64,000 nucleotides of DNA from an uncultured Oscillospiraceae bacterium (GTDB lineage Bacteria; Bacillota; Clostridia; Christensenellales; CAG-138), in the NCBI GenBank assembly GCA_964474405.1, contig CAYYUV010000002.1, positions 19,349-83,348 of the forward strand, given 5' to 3'. The translations under genes were made by a program, and so were the position numbers. Below, one piece after another: positions 55,454-63,294 of the stretch (its first letter is position 1; each line of letters opens with the position of its first letter). The notes under the pieces were generated by a model. That model did no database searches, was not told where the DNA came from, and worked only from the letters and a program-made list of their open reading frames with translations.

Positions 55454-55732
55454 ATGATGATCGGAAAAGTGATCGGAAGCGTCGTTTGTACGCCGAAGCA
55501 TGAGGCGCTCCATGGCGTCAAGCTGATGCTGGTTCGCCGGTATGCCGCGGGCAGACCCGCGGAAGTGGTGGTGGCGGCCGATTCCTTGCGCACGGCCGGC
55601 GCCGGTCAATATGTGTATATGGTGGACAGTACCGAGGCGGCCGCCTCCCTCCGCGTGGGCATGACCCCCGTGGATCTGGCGATTGTCGGGATTATCGACC
55701 AATACAATAGCAGAAAATGCAACCTTGCATGA
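55454..55732 (+). CDS. BMC-P (EutN/CcmL) vertex protein, second copy
   Basis: [27 protein letters not shown]...[10 protein letters not shown]. Confidence 0.85.
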   Translation: MMIGKVIGSVVCTPKHEALHGVKLMLVRRYAAGRPAEVVVAADSLRTAGAGQYVYMVDSTEAAASLRVGMTPVDLAIVGIIDQYNSRKCNLA

Positions 55733-55755
55733 AATTAATGAAGGAGGATCTATTC

Positions 55756-56022
55756 ATGGAAAAAGAAGCACTTGGTCTGATCGAAACCAGAGGGTTTGTC
55801 GGCGCGGTTGAGGCGGCGGATGCCATGGTCAAAGCGGCCGATGTCAAACTGATGAGCAAAGAGACGGTCGGCGCCGGGCTGGTCACGGTCATGGTGCGCG
55901 GCGATGTCGGCGCGGTCAAGGCGGCGGTCGATGCAGGCGCAGCGGCAGCAAAGCGCGTTGGCGAACTGGTGAGCGTGCATGTCATTCCGCGTCCCCACAA
56001 CGACGTGGAAGGCATCCTGTAA
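55756..56022 (+). CDS. BMC-H hexameric shell protein (PduA/EutM-like)
   Basis: [37 protein letters not shown]...VHVIPRPH. Confidence 0.9.
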   Translation: MEKEALGLIETRGFVGAVEAADAMVKAADVKLMSKETVGAGLVTVMVRGDVGAVKAAVDAGAAAAKRVGELVSVHVIPRPHNDVEGIL

Positions 56023-56034
56023 GGGCACAAAGGT

Positions 56035-56325
56035 ATGCGCGTAGGTCGTGTCGTCGGCAACATCGTCTCCGTCATCAAGGAGCCGACTCATATTGGCAAA
56101 AAGATGATGCTTATCCGGTTTCTCAACGATCGCGGGGAGGAACTGGATGATGAGTACGTGTATGCCGACGCGGCCGGCGCGGGCGTGGGGGATCTGGTTC
56201 TCGTGTCGGAGGACGGCAGTGCGGCGGAGACCGAGTTTCATCTCGAAAACGACGTTTGCACCTTCGACGGCGTCATTGTAGGCGTGGTGGATTCCATGCG
56301 TTACGACCGATCCGTCACCCCGTAA
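56035..56325 (+). CDS. BMC-P (EutN/CcmL) vertex protein, third copy
   Basis: MRVGRVVGNIVSVIKEPTHIGKKMMLI...FDGVIVGVVD. Confidence 0.8.
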   Translation: MRVGRVVGNIVSVIKEPTHIGKKMMLIRFLNDRGEELDDEYVYADAAGAGVGDLVLVSEDGSAAETEFHLENDVCTFDGVIVGVVDSMRYDRSVTP

Positions 56326-56354
56326 AAAACAGCGAAAAAAACGTGAACTTCGTC

Positions 56355-56383
56355 TTGCCATTGCTATAATATGTTGTTATAAT
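56355..56383 (+). promoter_or_regulatory. Internal BMC promoter P2
   Basis: TTGCCA, 17-nt spacer, TGT-TATAAT (56378-56383), in a 166-bp AT-rich gap. Has the same 18-mer TGTTATAATGAAGTCATC as P1. Confidence 0.6.
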
Positions 56384-56491
56384 GAAGTCATCAGACAACT
56401 TGCGATCTAAGTATGATATCAAAGAGCAATCTACATTCAGGTCGCTGGCGGACAGGACACAAGCGTATTACACGAAAGGAAGAATATAAAG

Positions 56492-56776
56492 ATGGAAAAA
56501 CAGGCACTCGGTTTGATTGAAACCCGTGGTTTTGTCGGCGCAGTTGAAGCTGCCGATGCAATGGTCAAAGCAGCCAACGTCACCCTGGTCGGCAAGGAGA
56601 TGGTCGGCGGCGGTCTGGTTACGGTTCTGGTACGCGGCGACGTCGGCGCGGTCAAAGCGGCCGTCGATGCGGGCGCATCCGCAGCCAAGGCGGTCGGCGA
56701 GATCGTCAGCGTACACGTCATCGCACGTCCGCACGACGATGTCGAGGGCATCCTGCCGCAGAAGAAAGCGGAATAA
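56492..56776 (+). CDS. BMC-H hexameric shell protein, second copy
   Basis: [27 protein letters not shown]...VHVIARPH. Confidence 0.9.
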   Translation: MEKQALGLIETRGFVGAVEAADAMVKAANVTLVGKEMVGGGLVTVLVRGDVGAVKAAVDAGASAAKAVGEIVSVHVIARPHDDVEGILPQKKAE

Positions 56777-56833
56777 CCCCGACGCCCCAATCGGGAGGAC
56801 CATCCAACGAACGTAAAGGACAGGTGAGACGCT

Positions 56834-57538
56834 TTGGAAATGGATATTGAACAAATCATCAAACGCGTTGCAGAAGAGGTATACAGCAAGATCCGCACCG
56901 AGGAGCAGGCGGGCGGCAGCGTCCGCGCGAGCTCCGGTGAGGAGTGGATCCTGTCTCGCATGCAGCCGAGTATGCGCCTCGACGAGGTCAAGAAGGCCTG
57001 TGACGAGGTAAGGAACGGCAAAGCAAAGACGCTGTGCATTCCCCAGTGGTTTGTCAGCTATGCGGCAGAGCAGCTCAAGGGCAGCGGCGTCAAGGTCGCG
57101 ACCGTTGTGGGTCTGCCGGGCGGCACGACATCGTCGTTTGCCAAGTATGCCGAGGTCAAGCAGGCGGTCGTCGCCGGCGCGGAAGCGATCCTGATCCCGG
57201 TCAACATGCAGCTTTGCGCTGTGGGTGACTGGGGCGGAGCCAAGAACGACCTGGGGGAATCCATGGTTCCCTGCAAGGACAAGGCAACGGTCTATGCCGT
57301 GATCGAGGTGGACGCGCTTTCGTGCGATCAGCTCGCAACCGCGGCCGAGATGTGCGGCTCCTGCGGCGTGGACGCGGTGCTTCTGTCGGCGGTTGTCGGC
57401 GGCAGAGTCAGCGACCAGCAGGTGCAGGCCGTCAAGCAGAAGGGCGTCCGCACGGGCGTATACGGCGGCGTAACGCAGTCGACTCAGGACGGTTACAGCA
57501 GAGCGGGAGCATGCTGCTTCGCGGCATCCGCGTGCTGA
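56834..57538 (+). CDS. DeoC/DERA-like aldolase-fold protein with N-terminal encapsulation peptide; catalytic lysines apparently absent
   Basis: TTG at 56834 or ATG at 56840. Encapsulation-peptide-like MDIEQIIKRVAEEVYSKI. DERA-like core GSGVKVATVVGLPGGTTSS...AGAEAILIPVN...VYAVIEV...GVDAVLLS. Confidence 0.7.
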   Translation: MEMDIEQIIKRVAEEVYSKIRTEEQAGGSVRASSGEEWILSRMQPSMRLDEVKKACDEVRNGKAKTLCIPQWFVSYAAEQLKGSGVKVATVVGLPGGTTSSFAKYAEVKQAVVAGAEAILIPVNMQLCAVGDWGGAKNDLGESMVPCKDKATVYAVIEVDALSCDQLATAAEMCGSCGVDAVLLSAVVGGRVSDQQVQAVKQKGVRTGVYGGVTQSTQDGYSRAGACCFAASAC

Positions 57539-57580
57539 ACGGCTGAACGTACCAATAATACGGAGCAACGGCGGTAATGT

Positions 57581-58291
57581 ATGCTGGCTTATGTGAGCGC
57601 AAAAATGAAGATCCTTCAGTTTATCAAGGGTCAGAACCTCCAGGCAGGCGATCGCTTGCCCACGGAGATGGAGCTCTCGGATAAGCTCGACATCAGCCGC
57701 CTGACGCTCAGGGAGGCGCTGAACGCCTTAAAGAGTGAGGGCGTGGTGCATTCCGTCCAGGGAAAGGGTACCTTTGTCGCCTGCAATTATGACCATATTT
57801 CGGATTCGCTGAACGTCAATTACAGCGTGACCGAGATGATCGTGGCGGCGGGGTATGAGCCGGGCGTGGCCTCGTTTGAGAAAAAGCTCATCAAGGCCGA
57901 CGACTGCATTTGCAAGCAGCTGAACGTGCAGCTTGGGACGGATGTACTGATGTGCTCACGGATTCGGCTGGCGGATAACGTGCCGGTCATCTATTCGCGG
58001 GATTATCTGGCGCCGCGGTTGGCAACCGAGTTTCTGGGCGTGACGGACGAGGGGATTTCGCTGTATTCCTTTATGGAGGAGAGCTGCGGCATCCACCTGG
58101 GCGTCTGCCTGACGGAGCTCATACCGACCGTTGCGGACGCGGAGCTGTCGGGCATGCTGAACGTGCCCGTGGGCGCGCCGCTGATGAAGCTGCGCGCAAA
58201 CGTCAACGACGCCTTCGGCGTTCCGCTGGTTTATGCAAGCGAGTATTTCAGACCGGACAAATTCAAGTTTATCGTATCACGCGGGAGGTAG
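57581..58291 (+). CDS. GntR/HutC-family transcriptional regulator (wHTH + UTRA), paralogue 2
   Basis: MLAYVSAKMKILQFIKGQNLQAGDRLPTEMELSDKLDISRLTLREALNALKSEGVVHSVQGKGTFV. The next gene starts 6 nt downstream. Confidence 0.85.
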   Translation: MLAYVSAKMKILQFIKGQNLQAGDRLPTEMELSDKLDISRLTLREALNALKSEGVVHSVQGKGTFVACNYDHISDSLNVNYSVTEMIVAAGYEPGVASFEKKLIKADDCICKQLNVQLGTDVLMCSRIRLADNVPVIYSRDYLAPRLATEFLGVTDEGISLYSFMEESCGIHLGVCLTELIPTVADAELSGMLNVPVGAPLMKLRANVNDAFGVPLVYASEYFRPDKFKFIVSRGR

Positions 58292-58297
58292 CGAAAC

Positions 58298-59368
58298 ATG
58301 AAAGCAGTTGTAAAGTATGGTTACGGCAAGGGTGAAACCGAGCTGCGCGACGTCCCCGTTCCCGAAATTGGCGACGACGATCTTTTGATCGAGGTCAAGG
58401 CCGCGGGCGTTTGCGGTTCGGATATCGCATTCGACAACGGACAGCACAAGGAAATTTTGAATCCCCCGGTCGTCCTCGGGCATGAGTTTTCCGGCGTGAT
58501 CGCCAAGGTTGGCAAGAATGTGACCGATTGGAAGGTCGGCGACCGTGTGGTTTCGGACAACACCGGCGAGGTCTGCGGCCATTGCTATGCGTGCAACACC
58601 GCGGATTACCTTTCCTGCCCCACGCGCAAAGGCATTGGCTACGGCATGGACGGCGGCTTTACCAACTATGTCAAGATTCTGGGCAAGACGCTTGCCCGCG
58701 TGCCGAGCAGCCTGCTGCGCATCCCTGACTGCATGAGCTTTGAAGAAGCGGCGATCCTCGACCCCGCCTGCAACGGCTATATGGCCGTCGTACAGGAGGC
58801 CAAGGTGATGCCGGGCGACTTTGTGGCCGTTTTCGGCGTCGGCGCCCTGGGGCTTTTCTCCATCCAGGCAGCACGCGCCGCCGGCGCAGCAAAGATCATC
58901 GCCATCGCGCTTTCCAGCGACGGAGAGGGTCGTTTTGAGATGGCCCGTCACTGCGGCGCAACCCATATTGTCAAGTCCGACGTTGAGGATTGCCATGCGC
59001 GCGTCATGGAGCTGACAAACAACGAGGGCGTGAGCTGCGTCGTGGACGCGGCGGGCGTCAACGTGGTCATGCCCACCATCATTGACATTCTGCGCACCGC
59101 GGGCATCATCGTCAAGATCGGATACGATCATAACCCGTACACGCGCTCCCTGGATCCCTTCGTCGACGGCGCCAAGGCGCTCAAGGGTCACTTTGGCTAT
59201 GACTGGGTATCTTGGAGAAACGTGATGAACCTGGTCGAAGCGGGCAAGTTTGACCTCAAGTGCATGATTTCCCACAAGATGCAGGTTTCGCAGTTCCGCG
59301 AAGCATTTGACATGGTTCGCCGGAAGGAATCCATCAAAATCATTCTGTATCCGGATCCGTTAAACTAA
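58298..59368 (+). CDS. Zinc-dependent MDR alcohol/polyol dehydrogenase (sorbitol/threonine dehydrogenase-like)
   Basis: GVCGSDI, GHEFSGVI and the structural-zinc Cys cluster CGHCYACNTADYLSC. GGGAGG RBS. Confidence 0.85.
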   Translation: MKAVVKYGYGKGETELRDVPVPEIGDDDLLIEVKAAGVCGSDIAFDNGQHKEILNPPVVLGHEFSGVIAKVGKNVTDWKVGDRVVSDNTGEVCGHCYACNTADYLSCPTRKGIGYGMDGGFTNYVKILGKTLARVPSSLLRIPDCMSFEEAAILDPACNGYMAVVQEAKVMPGDFVAVFGVGALGLFSIQAARAAGAAKIIAIALSSDGEGRFEMARHCGATHIVKSDVEDCHARVMELTNNEGVSCVVDAAGVNVVMPTIIDILRTAGIIVKIGYDHNPYTRSLDPFVDGAKALKGHFGYDWVSWRNVMNLVEAGKFDLKCMISHKMQVSQFREAFDMVRRKESIKIILYPDPLN

Positions 59369-59417
59369 ACGCTGTGGCGGGCGCGGTGTGATCGAGGCCC
59401 GCAGTTGGAGGCAAGTT

Positions 59418-60461
59418 TTGGAAATCTATATTTGTGCAGACTTTTCACAGGACGGGATCGAAATGCTCAAAGTCGCCGGTCATACCGTGCGTACAGGCGG
59501 CTGGGGCTTCACCGGCGAGATTCTCAATGAGGATCAGCTGATCCGCGAGATCGGCAATGCGGACGTGCTGATCGTAGGTTACGAGGAAGTGACCAAGAAA
59601 GTGCTTGACAGCACGCATCTTTCGGTGATTTCCAGCATCCGCGGCGGCCCGCGCGCCAATATCGACGTCGATTATGCGACGCAGAAGGGCATCCCCGTAT
59701 TCTTCACGTTCGGCCGTGAGGCGCTGCCGGTGGCGGACTTCACGATGGGTCAGGTGCTGGCCATCACCCGTAAGATCGTGCGTGCGGACTCCGAGCTTCA
59801 CAAGGGCGTGTTCACCGCGCCGGCCGGGGACTTCGGCAGCGACAAGGACGTCATCTGGGACATGAACGCCGAGGGTCCGTGGCAGAGCCGCAAGGGCATC
59901 GAGATGGAAGGCAAGACCTACGGTCTGATCGGCTTCGGCACGGTCGGCAAAGAGGTCGCCAAGCGTGCCCGCGGATTTGGCATGAACGTGCTGGTCTACG
60001 ATCCGTACCAGAAGGCCGAGGTCGTCGCCTCCTACGGCGCCACCAAGGTTGAGCTGAACGACCTGCTTCGCGCAGCGGACATCATCAGCTTCCATGCCAA
60101 GGTCAACGATTCCAACAAGGGCATGGTCGGGGCAGAGCAGTTCAAGATGATGAAGGACGGCGTGTATATTGTCAACAACGCACGCGCCGGACTGATGGAC
60201 GAACAGGCGCTCCGTGACGCGCTGCGCAGCGGCAAGCTGGGCGGTCTGGCTCTGGACGTGTTTCATCAGGAGCCGATCAAGCGTGATGACGAGATGTTCC
60301 AGTATCCGAACGTGGTGCTGACGCCGCATATCGCGGGCGCCGGCCGCGACGTCATCTATCTGCAGTCGGTCATGCTCGTCAACGACCTGCTGCTGTACTT
60401 CGCGGGCGGGCGTCCCAAGCCCATCGTCAACCCCGAAGTGTTTGAGAAGAAAGGCAGGTAA
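59418..60461 (+). CDS. D-isomer-specific 2-hydroxyacid dehydrogenase family protein
   Basis: Preferred TTG start at 59418 (GGAGG 5 nt upstream; the track start is 59388). GLIGFGTVGKEVA NAD motif; NNARAG; TPHIAG. Confidence 0.8.
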   Translation: MEIYICADFSQDGIEMLKVAGHTVRTGGWGFTGEILNEDQLIREIGNADVLIVGYEEVTKKVLDSTHLSVISSIRGGPRANIDVDYATQKGIPVFFTFGREALPVADFTMGQVLAITRKIVRADSELHKGVFTAPAGDFGSDKDVIWDMNAEGPWQSRKGIEMEGKTYGLIGFGTVGKEVAKRARGFGMNVLVYDPYQKAEVVASYGATKVELNDLLRAADIISFHAKVNDSNKGMVGAEQFKMMKDGVYIVNNARAGLMDEQALRDALRSGKLGGLALDVFHQEPIKRDDEMFQYPNVVLTPHIAGAGRDVIYLQSVMLVNDLLLYFAGGRPKPIVNPEVFEKKGR

Positions 60462-60467
60462 CGCGGT

Positions 60468-61529
60468 ATGGCACTGGTTAAGACACTCGATATGCTCGCA
60501 CAGTGCGAGCGCGGAAAATACGCCGTCGGCGCATTCAATCTCAATTCTCTCGATCAGGCGCAGTTTCTGATCAAGCGGGCGGAGCAGCTCAAATCCCCGA
60601 TCCTGCTGGTCGAGCCGGGCGTCATTGAGAAATATATGGACTTTACGGATTTTGCGATGGTTTCGGCGCGCGCCGCGGCCAAGGCAAACATCCCGGTCGG
60701 CATTCACCTCAGCCACGGTCTCGATCTGGAGCAGACCGAGCGCGCGGTCAAGGCGGGCTTCACCTCCGTCATGTATGACGGCAGCAAGCTGCCCTATGAG
60801 GAGAACGTTCGCACCACCAAGATCGCGGTCGAGATCGGCCACAAGTATGGCTGCGCGGTCGAAGGCGAGCTGGGCGCATTGGGTTCCAGCTTTGCCAACG
60901 TGTCCGAGTCGATGACCGACCCGGCGCTTGCCAAGGATTACGTCGCCCGCACCGGCGTTGATATCCTCGCAGTTTCGATCGGAAACGCGCACGGCTTCTA
61001 CAAGGGCACGCCGTCGCTCGATTTCAAGCGTCTGGAGGAGATCCGCTACGCGCTGATGCCGTTCAACTGCTATCTGACGCTGCACGGCGGCACGGGTATC
61101 CCGGAGAACCACATCCGCCGCAGCATCGAGATGGGCATTGTCAAGATCTGCATCTACACCGAGATGTGCCATGAGGGCAAGGCCGACACCGTCAAGTACC
61201 TCAGTGCGCATCCCGATTATGCCGGCAACTATGACATTCCTGAGATGCTGGCCGCCTGCATGGGCGGGTTTGCCCGCTCGATGGAGAGCTGCATGAACAT
61301 GTTCATGAGCATTGGCAAGGCATATAACGATATTCCGGCCATCGCCTATGAAAAGCAGCCGATCACGCCCGTCGCCATGCCGTCGTTTGCCGCGCCCGCG
61401 GCAGCGCCCGCTGCGGCAGGTGCGCAGGCCATTCCGCAGAACACCGACATCGGTCCCGCTTATCCGTCTCTGCCGGCCGAGAACAAGAGCTTCAAGTCCA
61501 CCGGCCGTTACTGGGACAAGAACCTGTAA
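60468..61529 (+). CDS. Divergent class II (metal-dependent) ketose-bisphosphate aldolase family protein with ~70-aa C-terminal extension
   Basis: YAVGAFNLNS, VEGELG, SIGNAHG and LTLHGGTGIP match FBA/GatY-class II. HLDH reads HLSH, and KIN..T reads KICIYT. Confidence 0.75.
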   Translation: MALVKTLDMLAQCERGKYAVGAFNLNSLDQAQFLIKRAEQLKSPILLVEPGVIEKYMDFTDFAMVSARAAAKANIPVGIHLSHGLDLEQTERAVKAGFTSVMYDGSKLPYEENVRTTKIAVEIGHKYGCAVEGELGALGSSFANVSESMTDPALAKDYVARTGVDILAVSIGNAHGFYKGTPSLDFKRLEEIRYALMPFNCYLTLHGGTGIPENHIRRSIEMGIVKICIYTEMCHEGKADTVKYLSAHPDYAGNYDIPEMLAACMGGFARSMESCMNMFMSIGKAYNDIPAIAYEKQPITPVAMPSFAAPAAAPAAAGAQAIPQNTDIGPAYPSLPAENKSFKSTGRYWDKNL

Positions 61530-61542
61530 AGTAATCATTCTT

Positions 61543-61596
61543 GCGGGAAGACGCCGCCAAAGACAAGCAACGTCTTCCCGCACCGTTTCCTTTTTC
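61543..61596 (+). terminator. Intrinsic terminator or attenuator between aldolase and kinase genes
   Basis: 11-bp stem GCGGGAAGACG/CGUCUUCCCGC (17-nt loop) followed by a U-rich tract. Confidence 0.6.
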
Positions 61597-61696
61597 TCCA
61601 CCGCACGGGGTGTATCCCCGCGAACGCCGCAGGGCGTATGCTTGCTTCCATTGGCAAGAGCATCAGCATCAACGATTGAGAGGGGCAAACGCAGCT

Positions 61697-63199
61697 ATGT
61701 GGGTTATGGGCGTTGACATGGGCACCTCCGGCTGTAAGGCCGTGGTGTTTGACGAGAGCTTCATCATCCGCGCGCAGGCATATCGGGAATACCCCATGCA
61801 TCTGCCGGGCGAGGGGCTGCTTGAATTGGATGCGGAGCTCGTATGGGCGGGCATTCAGGATGCCATCCGCGAGGCCAATCAAAAGGCCGAACAGCCCGTA
61901 GGTGCGCTGGCTGTCTCCGCCATCGGCGACGTGATTGTCCCGGTGGATGAGCACGGCGACAGCGTGCGTTATGCAATTGTCGATTTCGATGCCCGCGGCG
62001 GCGCGGAGATCGACGCGTTTTCCCGGCAATTCGGCCAACAGCATTTTTTCGACATCAGCGGCATGCCGCCGCTGTATATCGGCAGTTTATCCAAAATACT
62101 CTATTTACGGGACAAGGAGCCGGAGGTTTACAAAAAGATCCGGCGCTTTGCCAGCTTTGAAGATTATATCGTGTGCAAGATGGGTCTGCCGCCCGTAGCG
62201 AGTTATTCCGAGCTTTCGCGCACGATGTTGTTTGATATTCGCAAAAAGGACTGGTCGGACGAGATTCTCGCCGCCATTCCGCTGACGCGGGACATGCTGC
62301 CCATCGCAGCGCCGTCTGCAAGCGTGATCGGCGATTTATCCGACGAAATGCGCGCTTTATTGGGCTTTTCCAAGCCCGTTCGGGTCGTGACCGGCGGTCA
62401 TGACATGGTTTGCGCGGCTGTCGGCGCGGGGCTTGACGAGACGGATCCCGGCACCGTCGTCGATATCGCCGGCACGATCGAGGGCATCGTTGCCGCAATG
62501 CCGGAGGCGAACACCTGTCCCGCCATGCTGGAGAACCTGTTCCCCTGCTATGTCGGGCATACCGGCTATGTGACCTTCTCGGTCAATCTGACCGCAGGCT
62601 GCATCGTTCGCTGGTACCGCGATTTTATCGCCCGCGACGAGTATGACGCCTGTAAAAAGGAAGGCATCAATTTCTACGAATACATGCAGCGCAAGGCAAA
62701 CCCGGCCGAGCCCGGAAAGCTGTTGCTGCTGCCGCATTTTTCGGGCAGCGGAAACCCGTTCTTTGACCCGGCGGCGCTCGGCGCCGTGTGGGGGCTGACG
62801 CTGGACACCGACCGGGCGGACATCGGCCGCGCGATCGTGGAGGGGCTTGCGTATGAGCTTCGGTTGCACCTTGAGGCGCAGCAGCGGGCGGGCATCCATA
62901 TTTCGGCGATCCGTGCGGTCGGCGGCGGCGCGGCCATCGACTCCCAGCTCCAGCTTAAGGCAAACATTACGGGGCTCACGGTTGTCAAGGGCGCGGTGGC
63001 GGAATCCTCCGCACTCGGCGCTGCGGCCTATGCCGCGGTCGGCATCGGTCAGATTGCAAACCCGGCCGACGCCTATCAAAAGGTCAAGGCACGCGAAACG
63101 GTTTTCACGCCGGATCCCGCGGCGCATGCGCGGTTTGAGGCGGCTTATCGCAGGTTCCGCGCCCTCGCCTATGCAATTCACGACGTCGAACAGCAATAA
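61697..63199 (+). CDS. FGGY-family carbohydrate kinase (xylulokinase/ketose kinase-like)
   Basis: Start MWVMGVDMGTSGCKAVVFDE. GGHDMVCAAVGAG; GGGAAIDSQLQLKANI. Confidence 0.85.
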   Translation: MWVMGVDMGTSGCKAVVFDESFIIRAQAYREYPMHLPGEGLLELDAELVWAGIQDAIREANQKAEQPVGALAVSAIGDVIVPVDEHGDSVRYAIVDFDARGGAEIDAFSRQFGQQHFFDISGMPPLYIGSLSKILYLRDKEPEVYKKIRRFASFEDYIVCKMGLPPVASYSELSRTMLFDIRKKDWSDEILAAIPLTRDMLPIAAPSASVIGDLSDEMRALLGFSKPVRVVTGGHDMVCAAVGAGLDETDPGTVVDIAGTIEGIVAAMPEANTCPAMLENLFPCYVGHTGYVTFSVNLTAGCIVRWYRDFIARDEYDACKKEGINFYEYMQRKANPAEPGKLLLLPHFSGSGNPFFDPAALGAVWGLTLDTDRADIGRAIVEGLAYELRLHLEAQQRAGIHISAIRAVGGGAAIDSQLQLKANITGLTVVKGAVAESSALGAAAYAAVGIGQIANPADAYQKVKARETVFTPDPAAHARFEAAYRRFRALAYAIHDVEQQ

Positions 63200-63294
63200 T
63201 GTACCCATCAGGGCGTCCGGGGAGGGCGGCCTTGGCGAAGATAAAAACGAAGGCGGCACGGCCGCTTGAGCAAATGCCGCGAATGCGGCAGAAA

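Noticed and set aside
61330-61529. C-terminal extension of the aldolase-family protein as a BMC encapsulation peptide
   Set aside because: The extension is Pro/Ala-rich with no clear ~18-aa amphipathic helix. This contrasts with the obvious N-terminal encapsulation peptides of the aldehyde dehydrogenase and the DERA-like protein.
59445-61688. 747-aa minus-strand ORF, the longest in the track
   Set aside because: It is exactly antisense to the 2-hydroxyacid dehydrogenase and aldolase genes, which have clear family motifs. It has low-complexity Arg/His/Ala/Gly-rich content and no recognisable domain.
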